A DNA stretch of 63,334 nt, filler included, from Candidatus Lindowbacteria bacterium RIFCSPLOWO2_12_FULL_62_27 (GTDB taxonomy: Bacteria > Lindowbacteria > 2-12-FULL-62-27): NCBI GenBank assembly GCA_001784175.1. It is 4 parts of 4 records of this genome, joined end to end, with 100 filler letters (N's around TTAATTAATTAA, not from the genome) between each part and the next. Parts side by side here need not be neighbours in the genome. Positions count along the whole stretch, not along the records: positions 19,144 to 50,255 come from MFPR01000010.1; positions 50,356 to 63,334 come from MFPR01000015.1; 2 more parts are not named here. One strand, 5' to 3'. Below, in pieces: positions 47,704 to 59,300 of this stretch. The number at the start of each line of letters is the position of its first letter. Position 1 is the first letter of the stretch. The notes below the pieces were generated by a model that did not search any database, was not told where the DNA came from, and saw only the letters and a list, made by a program, of their open reading frames with translations. The position numbers were made by a program, and so were the translations under genes.

Positions 47704-49188
47704 TTAGACGATTCGAAAATAATCGACCAGCGTGCAGCGGCGCTCGCGCGTGAAGGTCGCGGCGGTCGTGAATCCCTCTCCGGTCCAGCCGGCGATCGAG
47801 AGCGTCGTGTATCCTTCGCCGCCGAACCCCAGTCCGGCGAGCGAGGGGCCGTTCTTGACGAAGATGTTGGCGTTGGAGGCGCGGGCCATGTCGGACAGCC
47901 GCGCGATGTTGGTCGAGTGCATCGTAAAGGTGTGGCGGAACCGGTGTTCGGCCAGAATGGCCCATTCCTTGGCCTGGTCGTAATCCTTGCAGCGCACGAT
48001 CGGCGTGATGGGCATGAGCTGTTCGGCCATGACGAGGGGATGATCCCAGTCGACTTCCAGAAACGCGTGCGTGATGCCGGCCGGCGCCCGGATGCCGGCC
48101 TGGGCCAGAATCTTGACCGCGTCCTTGGCGATGAGTTCCTTGTTCACCCGGGGATGCCGTTCGCCCGAGCCGGAATCCTCCACGATGATGAGCTTGGTGA
48201 GCCGTTCGGCGTCCCGGCCCTTGATCTCGACCGATCCGTTTTTTCCCATCTCGGCCTTGAAGTCGTCGCAGATGGACGCGACGCAGAATATTTCTTTTTC
48301 CCCCGTGCAGAGCGCGCAGTTGTCGAACTGCGCGCCGAACACCGTATCCTTGGCGGCCTTGGGCAGCACGCACGTTTCGTCGACGACCACGGGCGGATTG
48401 CCGGGCCCGGCCGCGAATACCTTCTTGCCGGACGACATCGCGACCCGGACGATCTCGCGCCCGCCGGTGACCAGCGTCGCGTCGACGCCGGGATGGTTCA
48501 TGAGTTTCGTCCCGCTCTCCTGACTCGGGTTGCCGATCGCGCAGACGAGATGTTTCGGCCCCCCGGCCGACTCGATCGCGAGTTGAAGAATCCGCGCCGC
48601 TTCGCAGGACACCTCTTTCGCGTTCGGATGCGGATTGATGATGACGGCGTTGCCGGCCGACACCATTCCGATCGAGTTGTTGACCACGGTCGACGGCGGG
48701 TTGGTGGTCGGCGTGATGGACACCATGACGCCGTAGGGCGCTTTTTCGACAAGGGTCAGCCCGTGGTCGCCGGTGAATGTGACGGGATGGATGATCTCGG
48801 GTCCGGGCGTCTTGCGCGCGGCGAGTTCCACTTTCTGCATCTTGTCCGGCATTTTCCCGAATTTGGTTTCGCTGACGGCCAGTTCCCCGAGGCGCCGCGC
48901 GTTTTCAAGAGCGGCGGCGCGCATGGCCGCGACGATTTCGAATCTCTTTTCCAGCCCCAGCGCCATGAGTTCCCGCTGCGCCTGCCGGGCGGCTTTGGCC
49001 GCCGCGTCGGGATCGTCGAACGTCGAATCCCCGCCGACGGCCTTGCGGGGCCGAAAGTCCATGCTGGGCGAGGTTGCGCGGCCGGGCGCGGAGGAAAAGA
49101 TCTTGCCTCCCGTGCCGACCGTGTAGCGCTGGCGCACCTTCTCCATCACTTTACCGACCACCTGATGAATTTCCTGCTCGGATGCCAT
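47704..49188 (-). CDS. BMC-associated CoA-acylating aldehyde dehydrogenase (EutE/PduP-like)
   Basis: PTTNP, TGG, AGPGNPPVVVDET, catalytic LCTGEK, EQLMP, VKNGPSLAGLGFGGEG; N-terminal amphipathic helix. Confidence 0.9.
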   Translation of the reverse strand: MASEQEIHQVVGKVMEKVRQRYTVGTGGKIFSSAPGRATSPSMDFRPRKAVGGDSTFDDPDAAAKAARQAQRELMALGLEKRFEIVAAMRAAALENARRLGELAVSETKFGKMPDKMQKVELAARKTPGPEIIHPVTFTGDHGLTLVEKAPYGVMVSITPTTNPPSTVVNNSIGMVSAGNAVIINPHPNAKEVSCEAARILQLAIESAGGPKHLVCAIGNPSQESGTKLMNHPGVDATLVTGGREIVRVAMSSGKKVFAAGPGNPPVVVDETCVLPKAAKDTVFGAQFDNCALCTGEKEIFCVASICDDFKAEMGKNGSVEIKGRDAERLTKLIIVEDSGSGERHPRVNKELIAKDAVKILAQAGIRAPAGITHAFLEVDWDHPLVMAEQLMPITPIVRCKDYDQAKEWAILAEHRFRHTFTMHSTNIARLSDMARASNANIFVKNGPSLAGLGFGGEGYTTLSIAGWTGEGFTTAATFTRERRCTLVDYFRIV

Positions 49189-49247
49189 GCGGTCCTCCTA
49201 CCCAGACCCCCTCTGCCCGCCTGAAACTACTTCTGAGTAGGCCTTGT

Positions 49248-49538
49248 TCAGCCGCCTTCGGTGGTGTGGATCGGGAAGATCGGGTCGAGATCGCCGTGCG
49301 GTCTCGGAATCACGTGAGCCGACACCAGCTCGCCCACCCGCTCCGCCGCCGCCGCGCCCGCATCCACGGCCGCCTTACAGGCCGCCACGTCTCCGCGAAC
49401 AAGGGTCGTCACCAGCCCGGATCCGATTTTTTCATACGCGACCAGTTTCACCTTCGCCGCCTTCACCATCGCGTCAGAGGCCTCGATCAACGCCACCAGC
49501 CCCCGCGTCTCAATCATGCCCAACGCTTCCATGCTCAT
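49248..49538 (-). CDS. BMC-H hexameric shell protein (EutM/PduA-like)
   Basis: [24 protein letters not shown]...[14 protein letters not shown]...HVIPRPH. Confidence 0.95.
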   Translation of the reverse strand: MSMEALGMIETRGLVALIEASDAMVKAAKVKLVAYEKIGSGLVTTLVRGDVAACKAAVDAGAAAAERVGELVSAHVIPRPHGDLDPIFPIHTTEGG

Positions 49539-49759
49539 CTGCCGCTGTACCTCCCCCTTTAGGGTTGAATGTAATCGCTCGAAGACTGGCTATCATACGC
49601 TCGAAAAGAGTGTCAAGGCAATCATGTGCGCATCTCGGGAAAGCGCAGGCACATCGCGGTCTGGAATCGCGGGTGCCCTGTTCGCTTTCGCGGTCATTTC
49701 TCGTTTACTCAAATAGAAAGACACAAAAGCAGATGCGGGTTCTCAAGGAGGCGGGGCAA

Positions 49760-49954
49760 ATGAAAAAAGAAGATCATTACGATCTGCTTCCACACTTTCT
49801 AGCATGGATAATCACAACGGCGATCAACGTTGTCGCGGCCATCATGGGTTGGTTGATTGCCGCTTCGATTTTAGCGCATTGGTACATGTTTCTATTTGTG
49901 GTCATCTTTATTTTCACGTGTGTCAAATGCGCCCTCAAAAACGCAAGGCAATGA
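49760..49954 (+). CDS. Small 2-TM hypothetical protein
   Basis: AAGGAGG RBS; hydrophobic 64 aa. Confidence 0.5.
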   Translation: MKKEDHYDLLPHFLAWIITTAINVVAAIMGWLIAASILAHWYMFLFVVIFIFTCVKCALKNARQ

Positions 49955-50064
49955 ACAGGACGAGCAACGTGATTTTTGCGGCCGGCATGTTCGGTTTTTC
50001 GCTTCCCGTTCGTTTTCCTTAATAAGAAGGGCAACAGAGCCCAAAACGAAAGGGAGGCGGCAAC

Positions 50065-50255
50065 ATGCAGTTTTTCAAACCCAAAAATCAGACGGCGATC
50101 GGGATCGATCTTGGCACATCACGGTCCGGAATTGCGGCGGCGACGGTGGACAAGGAAAAGGGGCTGGACGTTCAAGCGCTTGCCGTCGGCGAGGGCAGTT
50201 CAGGCGGGGAGTCGTATCGGATCCCTTCCGTCGTCGTGTGCAGTAAAACCACGGG
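50065..50255 (+). CDS. Hsp70/actin-like ATPase N-terminus (3' truncated)
   Basis: AIGIDLGTSRS...IPSVV. Confidence 0.65.
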
Positions 50256-50355
50256 NNNNNNNNNNNNNNNNNNNNNNNNNNNNNNNNNNNNNNNNNNNNT
50301 TAATTAATTAANNNNNNNNNNNNNNNNNNNNNNNNNNNNNNNNNNNNNNNNNNNN
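50256..50355. other. Artificial contig linker
   Basis: N run with TTAATTAATTAA. Confidence 0.97.
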
Positions 50356-50357
50356 GT

Positions 50358-53300
50358 GCGAATAACAACATGGTCGTGAGCAACACCATCAATTCGAATA
50401 CGACCGACGGCATCCGTCTGTATTCAAGTTCGAACAACACGGTGACGAGAAACACCGCCAATTCGAATTCGACCAAAGGCATCCTGCTGTCTTCGAGTTC
50501 GAACGACAACTTGGTGAGCAACAACACGGCCAGTTCGAATTCGTACTACGGCATCTATCTGGGTGCGAGTTCGAACAACACGGTGGTTCAAAATGACGTG
50601 AGGAACAATACGGAGTACCAAGTTTACATCGACGGCACATCCTCCTCCGACACAGTGCAGAAGAACAACATCGTACCGTCGGGGACGAATCCCGACAGCG
50701 GCGTGTACAACGCCTCGACCAGCATATTCATCCTCACCCGCAACTGGTGGAACTCGACCGACACGGGGCGGATCAAGAAGATGATCTTTCAGGAGTCGAA
50801 CGGCAATTCAGTCATCTGGCAGCCGTTCCGGCTGGGGCAGGTCGACACCGCCGCCGGCGCCGACACGACCGCGCCGAAATCGCCGGACACGGTCGCGGTG
50901 GTGGGCGCGCCGTCGGACACGTCGATCATCGTCGAGTGGGCCGCGGTGACGGCGAACGAGGAGACGGCGGCGGGCGGCGTGGGGCTGTCGGGGTACCGGG
51001 TGTACCGTAGCGGCGTCAAGGACACGTCGTCGTGGGTGAAGGCGGCGCAGGTCGGGTCGGGTGTGACGCGGTGGGAGGACACGGAGGTGATCCTCGGCTC
51101 TCCATATTATTATAGGGTCACTGCGTTCGACACCGCAACGCCCTTTGAGAACGAATCGTTCTTCTCGGACTCCCAGCCCTTCGATTCCGCGCAGGCGCAA
51201 TCCCAGGTGAACTGGTACGTGAACGATGGTTCGACGACGGGAGACAGTTTCACGTCGGCGGTCGGCGCCGACACGAACACCGGCAAGGTTGGATCGCCGC
51301 TGCGGACGATTACGAAGGCGTTGCTTTTGGCGACGGTAGGGGACACCATCTATGTCGACGCCGGCCTCTACGCCGAGACGGTGGTTATCAAGACCGACTC
51401 GATCACGCTCGTCGGCAAGGACTCCAACGCGACGGTGGTCGACCCGCCGGGGTCGAGCGCGACGGCGGGGCTGTATGGGATTTACGCCGACACGCAGACG
51501 GGGCTTCTGATAAAAAACCTCGGCGTGACAGGGGCGTACGACGGCATCCATCTTGAGAACGTGGACAGCTCGACGATCAGCGGGGACAGCGTCAGTTCAT
51601 GCGGATACTTCGGGATGTATCTGCTCAACGGATCGGACAGCAACAAGATCACGGGCAATCAGATCGCGTCCAACGCGCAGACCGGTATCCGGTTGTATTA
51701 TTTCTCGAACGGCAACACGCTGAGCAACAACGTCGCGACGTCGAACGGCAACCACGGCATCGATCTGTACTGGAGTGCGAGCAACAACACGCTGAGCAAC
51801 AACACGTCGAATTCAAACAGCAATGACGGGATCAATGTGGACACGGCGTCGAACAACACACTGAGCGGGAATACCTGCAATTCAAACACGCTGAACGGGA
51901 TCAAGGTCCATGCGGGGTCGAACAACAACACGTTGACGAGCAACACGGCCAGTTCGAATGTAGACGGCGTCTATCTGAATGCGAGTTCGAACAACACGTT
52001 GACGAGCAACACGGCCAGTTCGAATACGGGCAACGGTATCCGTCTGGCCGCGAGTTCGAACAACAACACGTTGACGAGCAACACGGCCAGTTCGAATGTA
52101 GACGGCATCTATCTGGATGCGAGTTCGAACAACACGTTGACGGGCAACACGGCCAGTTCGAATTCGAGCCTCGGCATCTATCTGTATTTGAGTTCAAACA
52201 ACACGATGATAAGGAACACAGCCGGTTCGAATGCGAACTACGGCATCCGTCTGTATGGCAGTTCGAACATCACAGTCCTACAGAACGATGCCAGGAACAA
52301 TACCAAATATCAGGTCTATATCGAAGCGGCTTCCTCTTCCGACACTGTCCAGAAGAACAACATCGCAACGTCGGGGACGAATCCAGATAGCGGAGTCTAC
52401 AACGCCTCAACTGCCGCAGCCAACAAATTCACCTTCACCCGCAACTGGTGGAACTCGACCGACACGGGGCGGATCAAGCAGCTGATTTATCAGGCGTCGA
52501 ACGGCGATTCCGTGATCTGGCAGCCGTTCCGGCTGGCGCAGGTCGACACCGCCGCCGGCGCCGACACGACCGCGCCGAAAGCGCCGGACACGGTGGCCGT
52601 GATCGGCGCGCCGTCGGACACGTCGATCATCGTCGAGTGGGCGGCGGTGAGCGCGCTGGAGGAAGTGAACGGCGGCGCGGTGGGGCTGTCGGGGTATCGG
52701 GTGTACCGCAGCGCCGTGAAGGACACGTCGTCGTGGGTGAAAGTCGCGCAGACGGGGTCTGGCGTGACGCGGTGGCAGGACACGGATGTCGTCATGGGCA
52801 CCCGATACTACTACCGCGTGACGGCCTTCGACACGGCGGCGTTCGAGAACGAGTCGTTCTTTTCGGACAGCCAGCCGTCGGATTCGGCGGTGTTCACGAC
52901 AACGGTGAACTGGTACGTGAACGACGGGTCGACGGCGGGGGACTCTTTCACGTACGCGGGCGGATCGGACACGGCGGACGGCAAGGGGACGCCCGGGGCG
53001 CCGTTTGGGACGATTGCGAAGGCGATTGAATTTGCGACCGCCGGGGACACGATTTTTGTCGATGCCGGCGCATACGCCGAAACGGTGGTGATCGGCGCGG
53101 ATTCGATCAGTCTGATCGGCAAGGATTCCAACGCGACGGTGATTGATCCGCCGGGTGCGGCGGCGACGGCGGGGCTGTACGGCATCTTCGCGGCGAACCG
53201 GAACAATCTGGCGGTCCGGAATCTGGGGGTAACGGGCGCGTACTACGGGATCTATTTTGTGAACGTCGATCGGTCGGCGATCAGCGGCGACAGCGTGAGT

Positions 53301-56300
53301 TCGAACGGATATCTGGGCGTCTATTTGTCGGGCGGGTCGGACACGAACACGTTGACGAACAACATGATGATGTGGACCTCGACGGAGGACGGGATATGGC
53401 TGAGTTCGAGCAGCTACAACACGCTGACGGGGAACGTATCGAGCAACAACGCGTCGGAGGGGATCTATATTCTCACGAGTTCGAACAACACGCTGACGAG
53501 CAACACGTTCAACTCGAACTCCTACGGGATATGGTTTGCGACGTCGGCGAACAACAACACGCTGACGGACAACCGGGTGAATTCGAACGCGAACAGCGGG
53601 ATAACCTTTGACGACGCCTGTTCGGGCAACGTGATCCGCGCCTGCCAGATCCGGTCGAACACGGTGAGCGGCGTGTCTTCCATCAACAATTCAGATTCGA
53701 ACCGGATCGAGCAGAACGACATATCGGGAAGCGACACGGGTGTCCGGCTGACGGGAACGACGGCGGGGAACGTGATCACGAAGAACAACATCACGGGCAA
53801 CGCGGTCAACCATTTCTGGAACGGCGCGGGCACGTCCCAGACGCTGACGCGGAACTGGTGGGGCACGACGGACGAGGTCGTGATTTCGGCGAAAATCAGC
53901 GACGCGGCCAACACGTTCCGCCCGTACCGGCTCGCGTCGGTGGACACGGCGTCGGGCGCCGACACGACGGCGCCGGCGTTACCGACGGGCATGACGCTGG
54001 ACACGAGCGCGGCGGGGCAGATCACGCTGACGTGGACGATCCCGACGATCAACGAGGAGACCAACGGCGGCGCGGTGGGGTTTGCCGGACTCAACATCTA
54101 CCGGCTGGTCAATCTGGCCGACACGACGAACTGGGCGAACTCGGTCAATCTCATCAAGCAGACTGCGTCAACCGACACGACTTGGACCGACACGACGGTC
54201 ACGGCGGGGAACGCGTACTATTACCGGCTCACGTCAAAAGACACGGCGGCGTTCGCCAACGAGTCGTTCTTCATGGACACGCGCGCGACCAAGCCCGCGT
54301 ACGGCGGGCCGGTGTGGTACGTGAACGACACGGTCACGACGGGCGACTCGTTCACGTATCAGGTGGGCGGCGACGGGGGCAATGGGGACGCGGCGTCGCC
54401 GTTTGCGACCATCACGAAGGCGCTGGCGAAGGCGAAGGCCGGGGACACGGTCTATATCGACGCGGGGACGTATACGGAGACGGTGGTGATCGACACGGAC
54501 AACATCTCGCTGATCGGCAAGGATTCCAACGCGACGGTGATCGATCCGCCGGGGGCGAATGCGACAGCCGGTCTCTACGGCATCTACGCTGACACGCAGA
54601 CAGGTCTCACGATCAAGAACCTCGGTGTGACGGGGGCGTATGACGGGATAAAATGGGACAACGTCGACCAATCGACGATCAGCGGCGACAGTGCAGGCGT
54701 CTGCGGAGACAAAGGCATTTATCTTCTGAACGGCTCCGACACTAACACGGTGAGCAACAACACATCCAATTCAAATACGCAGGCCGGCATCTATCTGGAT
54801 GCGAGTTCGAACAACAACACGGTGAGCAACAACACGGCCAATTCGAATTCGAATGGCGGCATCACTCTGGTTTCGAGTTCGAACAACACGGTCAGCAATA
54901 ACACTGCCAGTTCGAACGACCCTGGCATCTATCTCTATTCGAGTTCGAATAACAACACGGTGAGCAACAACACGGCCAATTCGAATACGAACTTCGGCAT
55001 CTATCTGAATTTGAGTTCGAACAATAACCGGGTGAGCAACAACACGACCAGTTCGAATACGGCCTATGGCATCTATCTGGCTTCGAGTTCGAACAACACG
55101 GTGAGCAACAACATGGCCAATTCGAATACGGGGGCCGGCGTTTGGATTTTAGATTCAGATACAAACACCGTCGTCCAAAACGACGTCAAGTCCAACGACA
55201 CGGGCGTGTGGATCGCCGGATCATCCACGGCCAATGTCATTCTGAAAAACAACATTACCGGCAACAACGTCAATAACATCCGAAACTCCGGCGGGCTTTT
55301 GCAGACCATAACCCGCAACTGGTGGGGCACGACGGACGAGGTGGCGATCACCGCGAAGGTTTCGGACACGGCGGACAATTACCGCCCCTACCGCTTCGCC
55401 ATCGTCGACACCGCCGCGGGTGCCGACACGACCGCGCCGGACAAGCCGCTGAACGTGACGCTGGACACCTCCGTCGCGGGCCAGATCACACTGACGTGGA
55501 CGATTCCGAGTTTGAACGAGGAGACGAACGGCGGAGCGGTGGGGTACAGCGGGGCGAAAATCTACCGGACCACGACAGGGGATACGACGAATTGGGCGAA
55601 TACGGCGAATCTGGTGAGAAGTACAAGCTCGACTGAGACGACGTGGACGGACACCACGGCGTCCAACGGCGGGACGTACTATTACAGGCTGTCGTCGATT
55701 GACGGCGCGGCGTTTGTGAACCAGTCGGCGCTGACCGACACGAAATCCGGCTCGTGGAAATCGTCCGCGACCGTGCGGCTCTACGAGGACGCCGGGTTTG
55801 TGGACGAGGTGGACACGCTTCTCGTGCGGGACGCGGCGTACATCGAGGTGCGGGACAGCGACGAGAACAAGAGCGCGGGCGCGGTCGATACGGTGAGCGT
55901 CACGGTCTTCGTCGGCAACGGCGCCGCCGAGGGGCCGTCGGGCGCGGGACTGGTGCTGGACACGGAAACGGTTATGTTGAACGAATCGACGGGCAACTCG
56001 TCGATTTTCCGGAGCGCTGCCGTCATCCTGACCGACACGCTTGTGCCGGTCGTCGGCGACGGCCTCGTAAGCTGGGGCCGGGGCGACACTCTCCATATCA
56101 AATATACGGATGCCGACGATGCCTCCGACCTCGCCAGCGATACGGCGCTTGCGTTGGAGATTGGGACCGTATCGCGCGCCATTCTTTACGAGGACGCCGG
56201 CTACACCGACGAAGTCGATACGTTTCTAACGCGCGACGTGATGTACGTCTCCGTCCATGACACGGACGAAAACAGGAACCCGCAGGTGAAGGACACCGTG

Positions 56301-59300
56301 CAGGTGACCGTCTACGTCGGAAACGCCGCGGACGGTCTTGTGCTGGACACCGAAACGCTCGTGCTGACCGAAAGCGCCGAAACGACGGGCATATTCCAGC
56401 GCGGACCCTTCGCCTTGGCGGACACGGAAGCCCCGGCCGCTCAGAACGGGCGCCTCACGTGGGGCCGGGACGACACGATGCAGGCCGTCTACACGGATGT
56501 GACCGGCGCCGCCGAGAGTTCCTACGACACGGCGCTGGCGATCGAGATCAAGGCGAACAGCATCGTCAAGTTTTACGAAGACGCCGCCTTTACGGACGAG
56601 GTCGACACCTTCCTTCCGAGGAACGACGTGGTCTACATCGAAGTGTTGGACACGGACATGAACGTCGACCCGCAGACGGCGGAGAATTTCACAGTATCGG
56701 TCATTGTCCACAACGACACGGACGGAACAACCGTCGGCGGCACGGAACTGATCACGGTGACGGAGGTGGGCGTGGCGAGCGGCAGATTCCGGAGCGGCGC
56801 CGTGCCGATTGTGGATACAGCGACGCCGGCCGGCAGCAACGGCGTTTTGGAAGTCGGCTTGAATGACACCATAAACGTGGAATATGCCAGCGACGACAAC
56901 GATCCGGGGGATGTGAGCAACGACACCGCGTTGATCGTGGACGCCCCGACCGCCGCCGTTCTGGCTTTTTATCAGGCCGCGTTTTCCGCCGTTACGGACA
57001 CGTACCGCGTGCGGCTGGACGCGGTATTGATCCAAGTGACCGATGCCGACGAGAATCGCAATCCGCAGGTGAAAGATACGGTATTCGTGACGGTCTACGT
57101 GGGGAACGTCGGCACGGGTTCTCCCAGTCAGGTGTTGGACCGGCAGGACACGTGGGTGCTGACGGAGACGGGCGAGACGACGGGCATTTTCCAGGGCGCG
57201 GGACTTGGCGTTTTCGACACGGTTGCCGGCACCCTCAATGATGGCCGGTTGCAGGGCGGCTTGGACGACACCCTGCACGTGACCTACACGGACGCGAACG
57301 ACGCGCCGGACGCGTGGAGCGACACGGCGCTCCTGGTGGACGCGCCGACGGCGGCGACCATCGCCTTTTATGATTCAACCGGATTTGTCGTGCAGACCGA
57401 CACCTATCAGGCGGACGGGGATGTCGCGTTTGTCCTGGTGATCGACACGGACGAAAACCAGAATCCGAATCTGGCCGACACGATCGTGGTTGAGCTGACC
57501 GTCTGGAACGCGAACGGCACAGGCGGCGGATACGTGGATACGCTGTATGTGACCTTGACGGAACGCGGTCCCCGCACAGGATATTTCCGGAGCGACACCG
57601 TGGCCACGACGCGCACGGATTCGGACCTGTCGGACACGTATCTTCTGACCGGCGTGGGCGACACGATCCAAGCGCTTTACGTCGACGAGAATTCCGCGTC
57701 CGATCGTGTCGTCGACACGGCGCTGGTGGTGGATGTCCTGTCGGCGAGTCTTACCCGGATTTTCGAGGACGCCGCCTTTACGGACGAAATCGACACGGCG
57801 ATGAGCCGGGATGTTCTCTACATTCAGGTCATCGACACCGACGAGAATCGAAATCCGCAATCCAAAGATTCGGTCACGGTGACCGTGTATGTCGGTGACG
57901 ACGCCGCGGGACTCGTCATCGACACCGAGTCCCTGACGCTGAACGAAACAACAGATACCTCCGGCGTTTTCCAGAGCGCCGCCATCAACACCGTCGACAC
58001 CGACGCCGTGGCGCTGGCCAACAACGGGCGGCTGGGTGTGGGGCGGTCGGACACGGTGCACGTGGCGTACAGCGACGGGAATTCCACGGATGCGACGTGG
58101 GACACCGTCCTGATCCTCGGCCCCCAGGTGACGTTGACGGCGCCGGCGAACGCCGCGGAGACGACCGCGGCGGCGATCCGGTTCGAGTGGTCCGGGACGA
58201 ACGTCGACACCTACACGTGGCAGATGGCGCGATCGGCGGCGTTTTCGACGATTGTCGACAGCGCGGTCGATACGACCGTCACGTCGATGATCCGGGTGAT
58301 CACGGCGGGTCAGGACACGTTTTTCTGGCGCGTGATCGGTCGAAACGCGACCGGCAGTACGGACACGTCGGCCGCGCGCGGGTTTTTGCTGGACACGTCC
58401 GCGCCGCAGGTGGCTTTGGCGCAGCCCGCGGATGGACACGAGACGACGAACACGGCGGTGATCGTATCGTGGACGACGCCGGCGGACAGCACGGGGATCG
58501 ACAGCTTCGTGGTGGAGGCGTCGACGACGGCGGGGTTTTCCGCGGTCGTGTTCGTGGATACGACAGATAGGACGAATACGACAGATACGATCACTGGCTT
58601 GTACAACGACACCTATTACTGGCGCGTGCGCGCGATCGACGATCTGGGGAATGTCGGGCCGAACTCGGCCGTGCGCGGCTTTGTCGTGGACACGGCAGCC
58701 GGTCAGGTGGCGTTGTCGAGTCCGGCGGACGGCGCGCAGACGGTGAACGCGTCGGTGGCGCTGGCGTGGGTGGCGCCGTCGGACAGCGTGGGGATTGACT
58801 CGTATGTGGTGGAGGTATCGAAAACCTCGGGGTTTGCGGCGACGGTGGTGGTCGACACGGTGGATGGCGCGGTAACAACCGATACCCCGAGCGGTCTGTA
58901 CAACGACACGTATTTCTGGCGGGTGCGCGCGGTCGACGATCTGGGGAATGTGGGCGCGAACTCGACGGCGCGCGGGTTCCTGCTGGACACGGGCGGCCCG
59001 GCGCAGGTGACGGCGTCGAGCCCGGCGGACGGGGCGCAGCAAAACAGCGCGGTGACGGTGATCTGGAATGCGGTGACGGGGGATTCAAGCGGGATCGACA
59101 GTTACGTGGTCGAGGTTTCAAAGAGTTCAGGATTCACGTCGACGATCTCGGCCGACACAGTGGACGGCGCGGTGACGTCGCAACTCCTGAGCGGGTTGTA
59201 CAACGACACATACTACTGGCGGGTACGCGCGATCGACGGCGCCGGAAACACGGGCACGAACTCTGCGGTGCGCGGATTCNNNNNNNNNNNNNNGACACGG

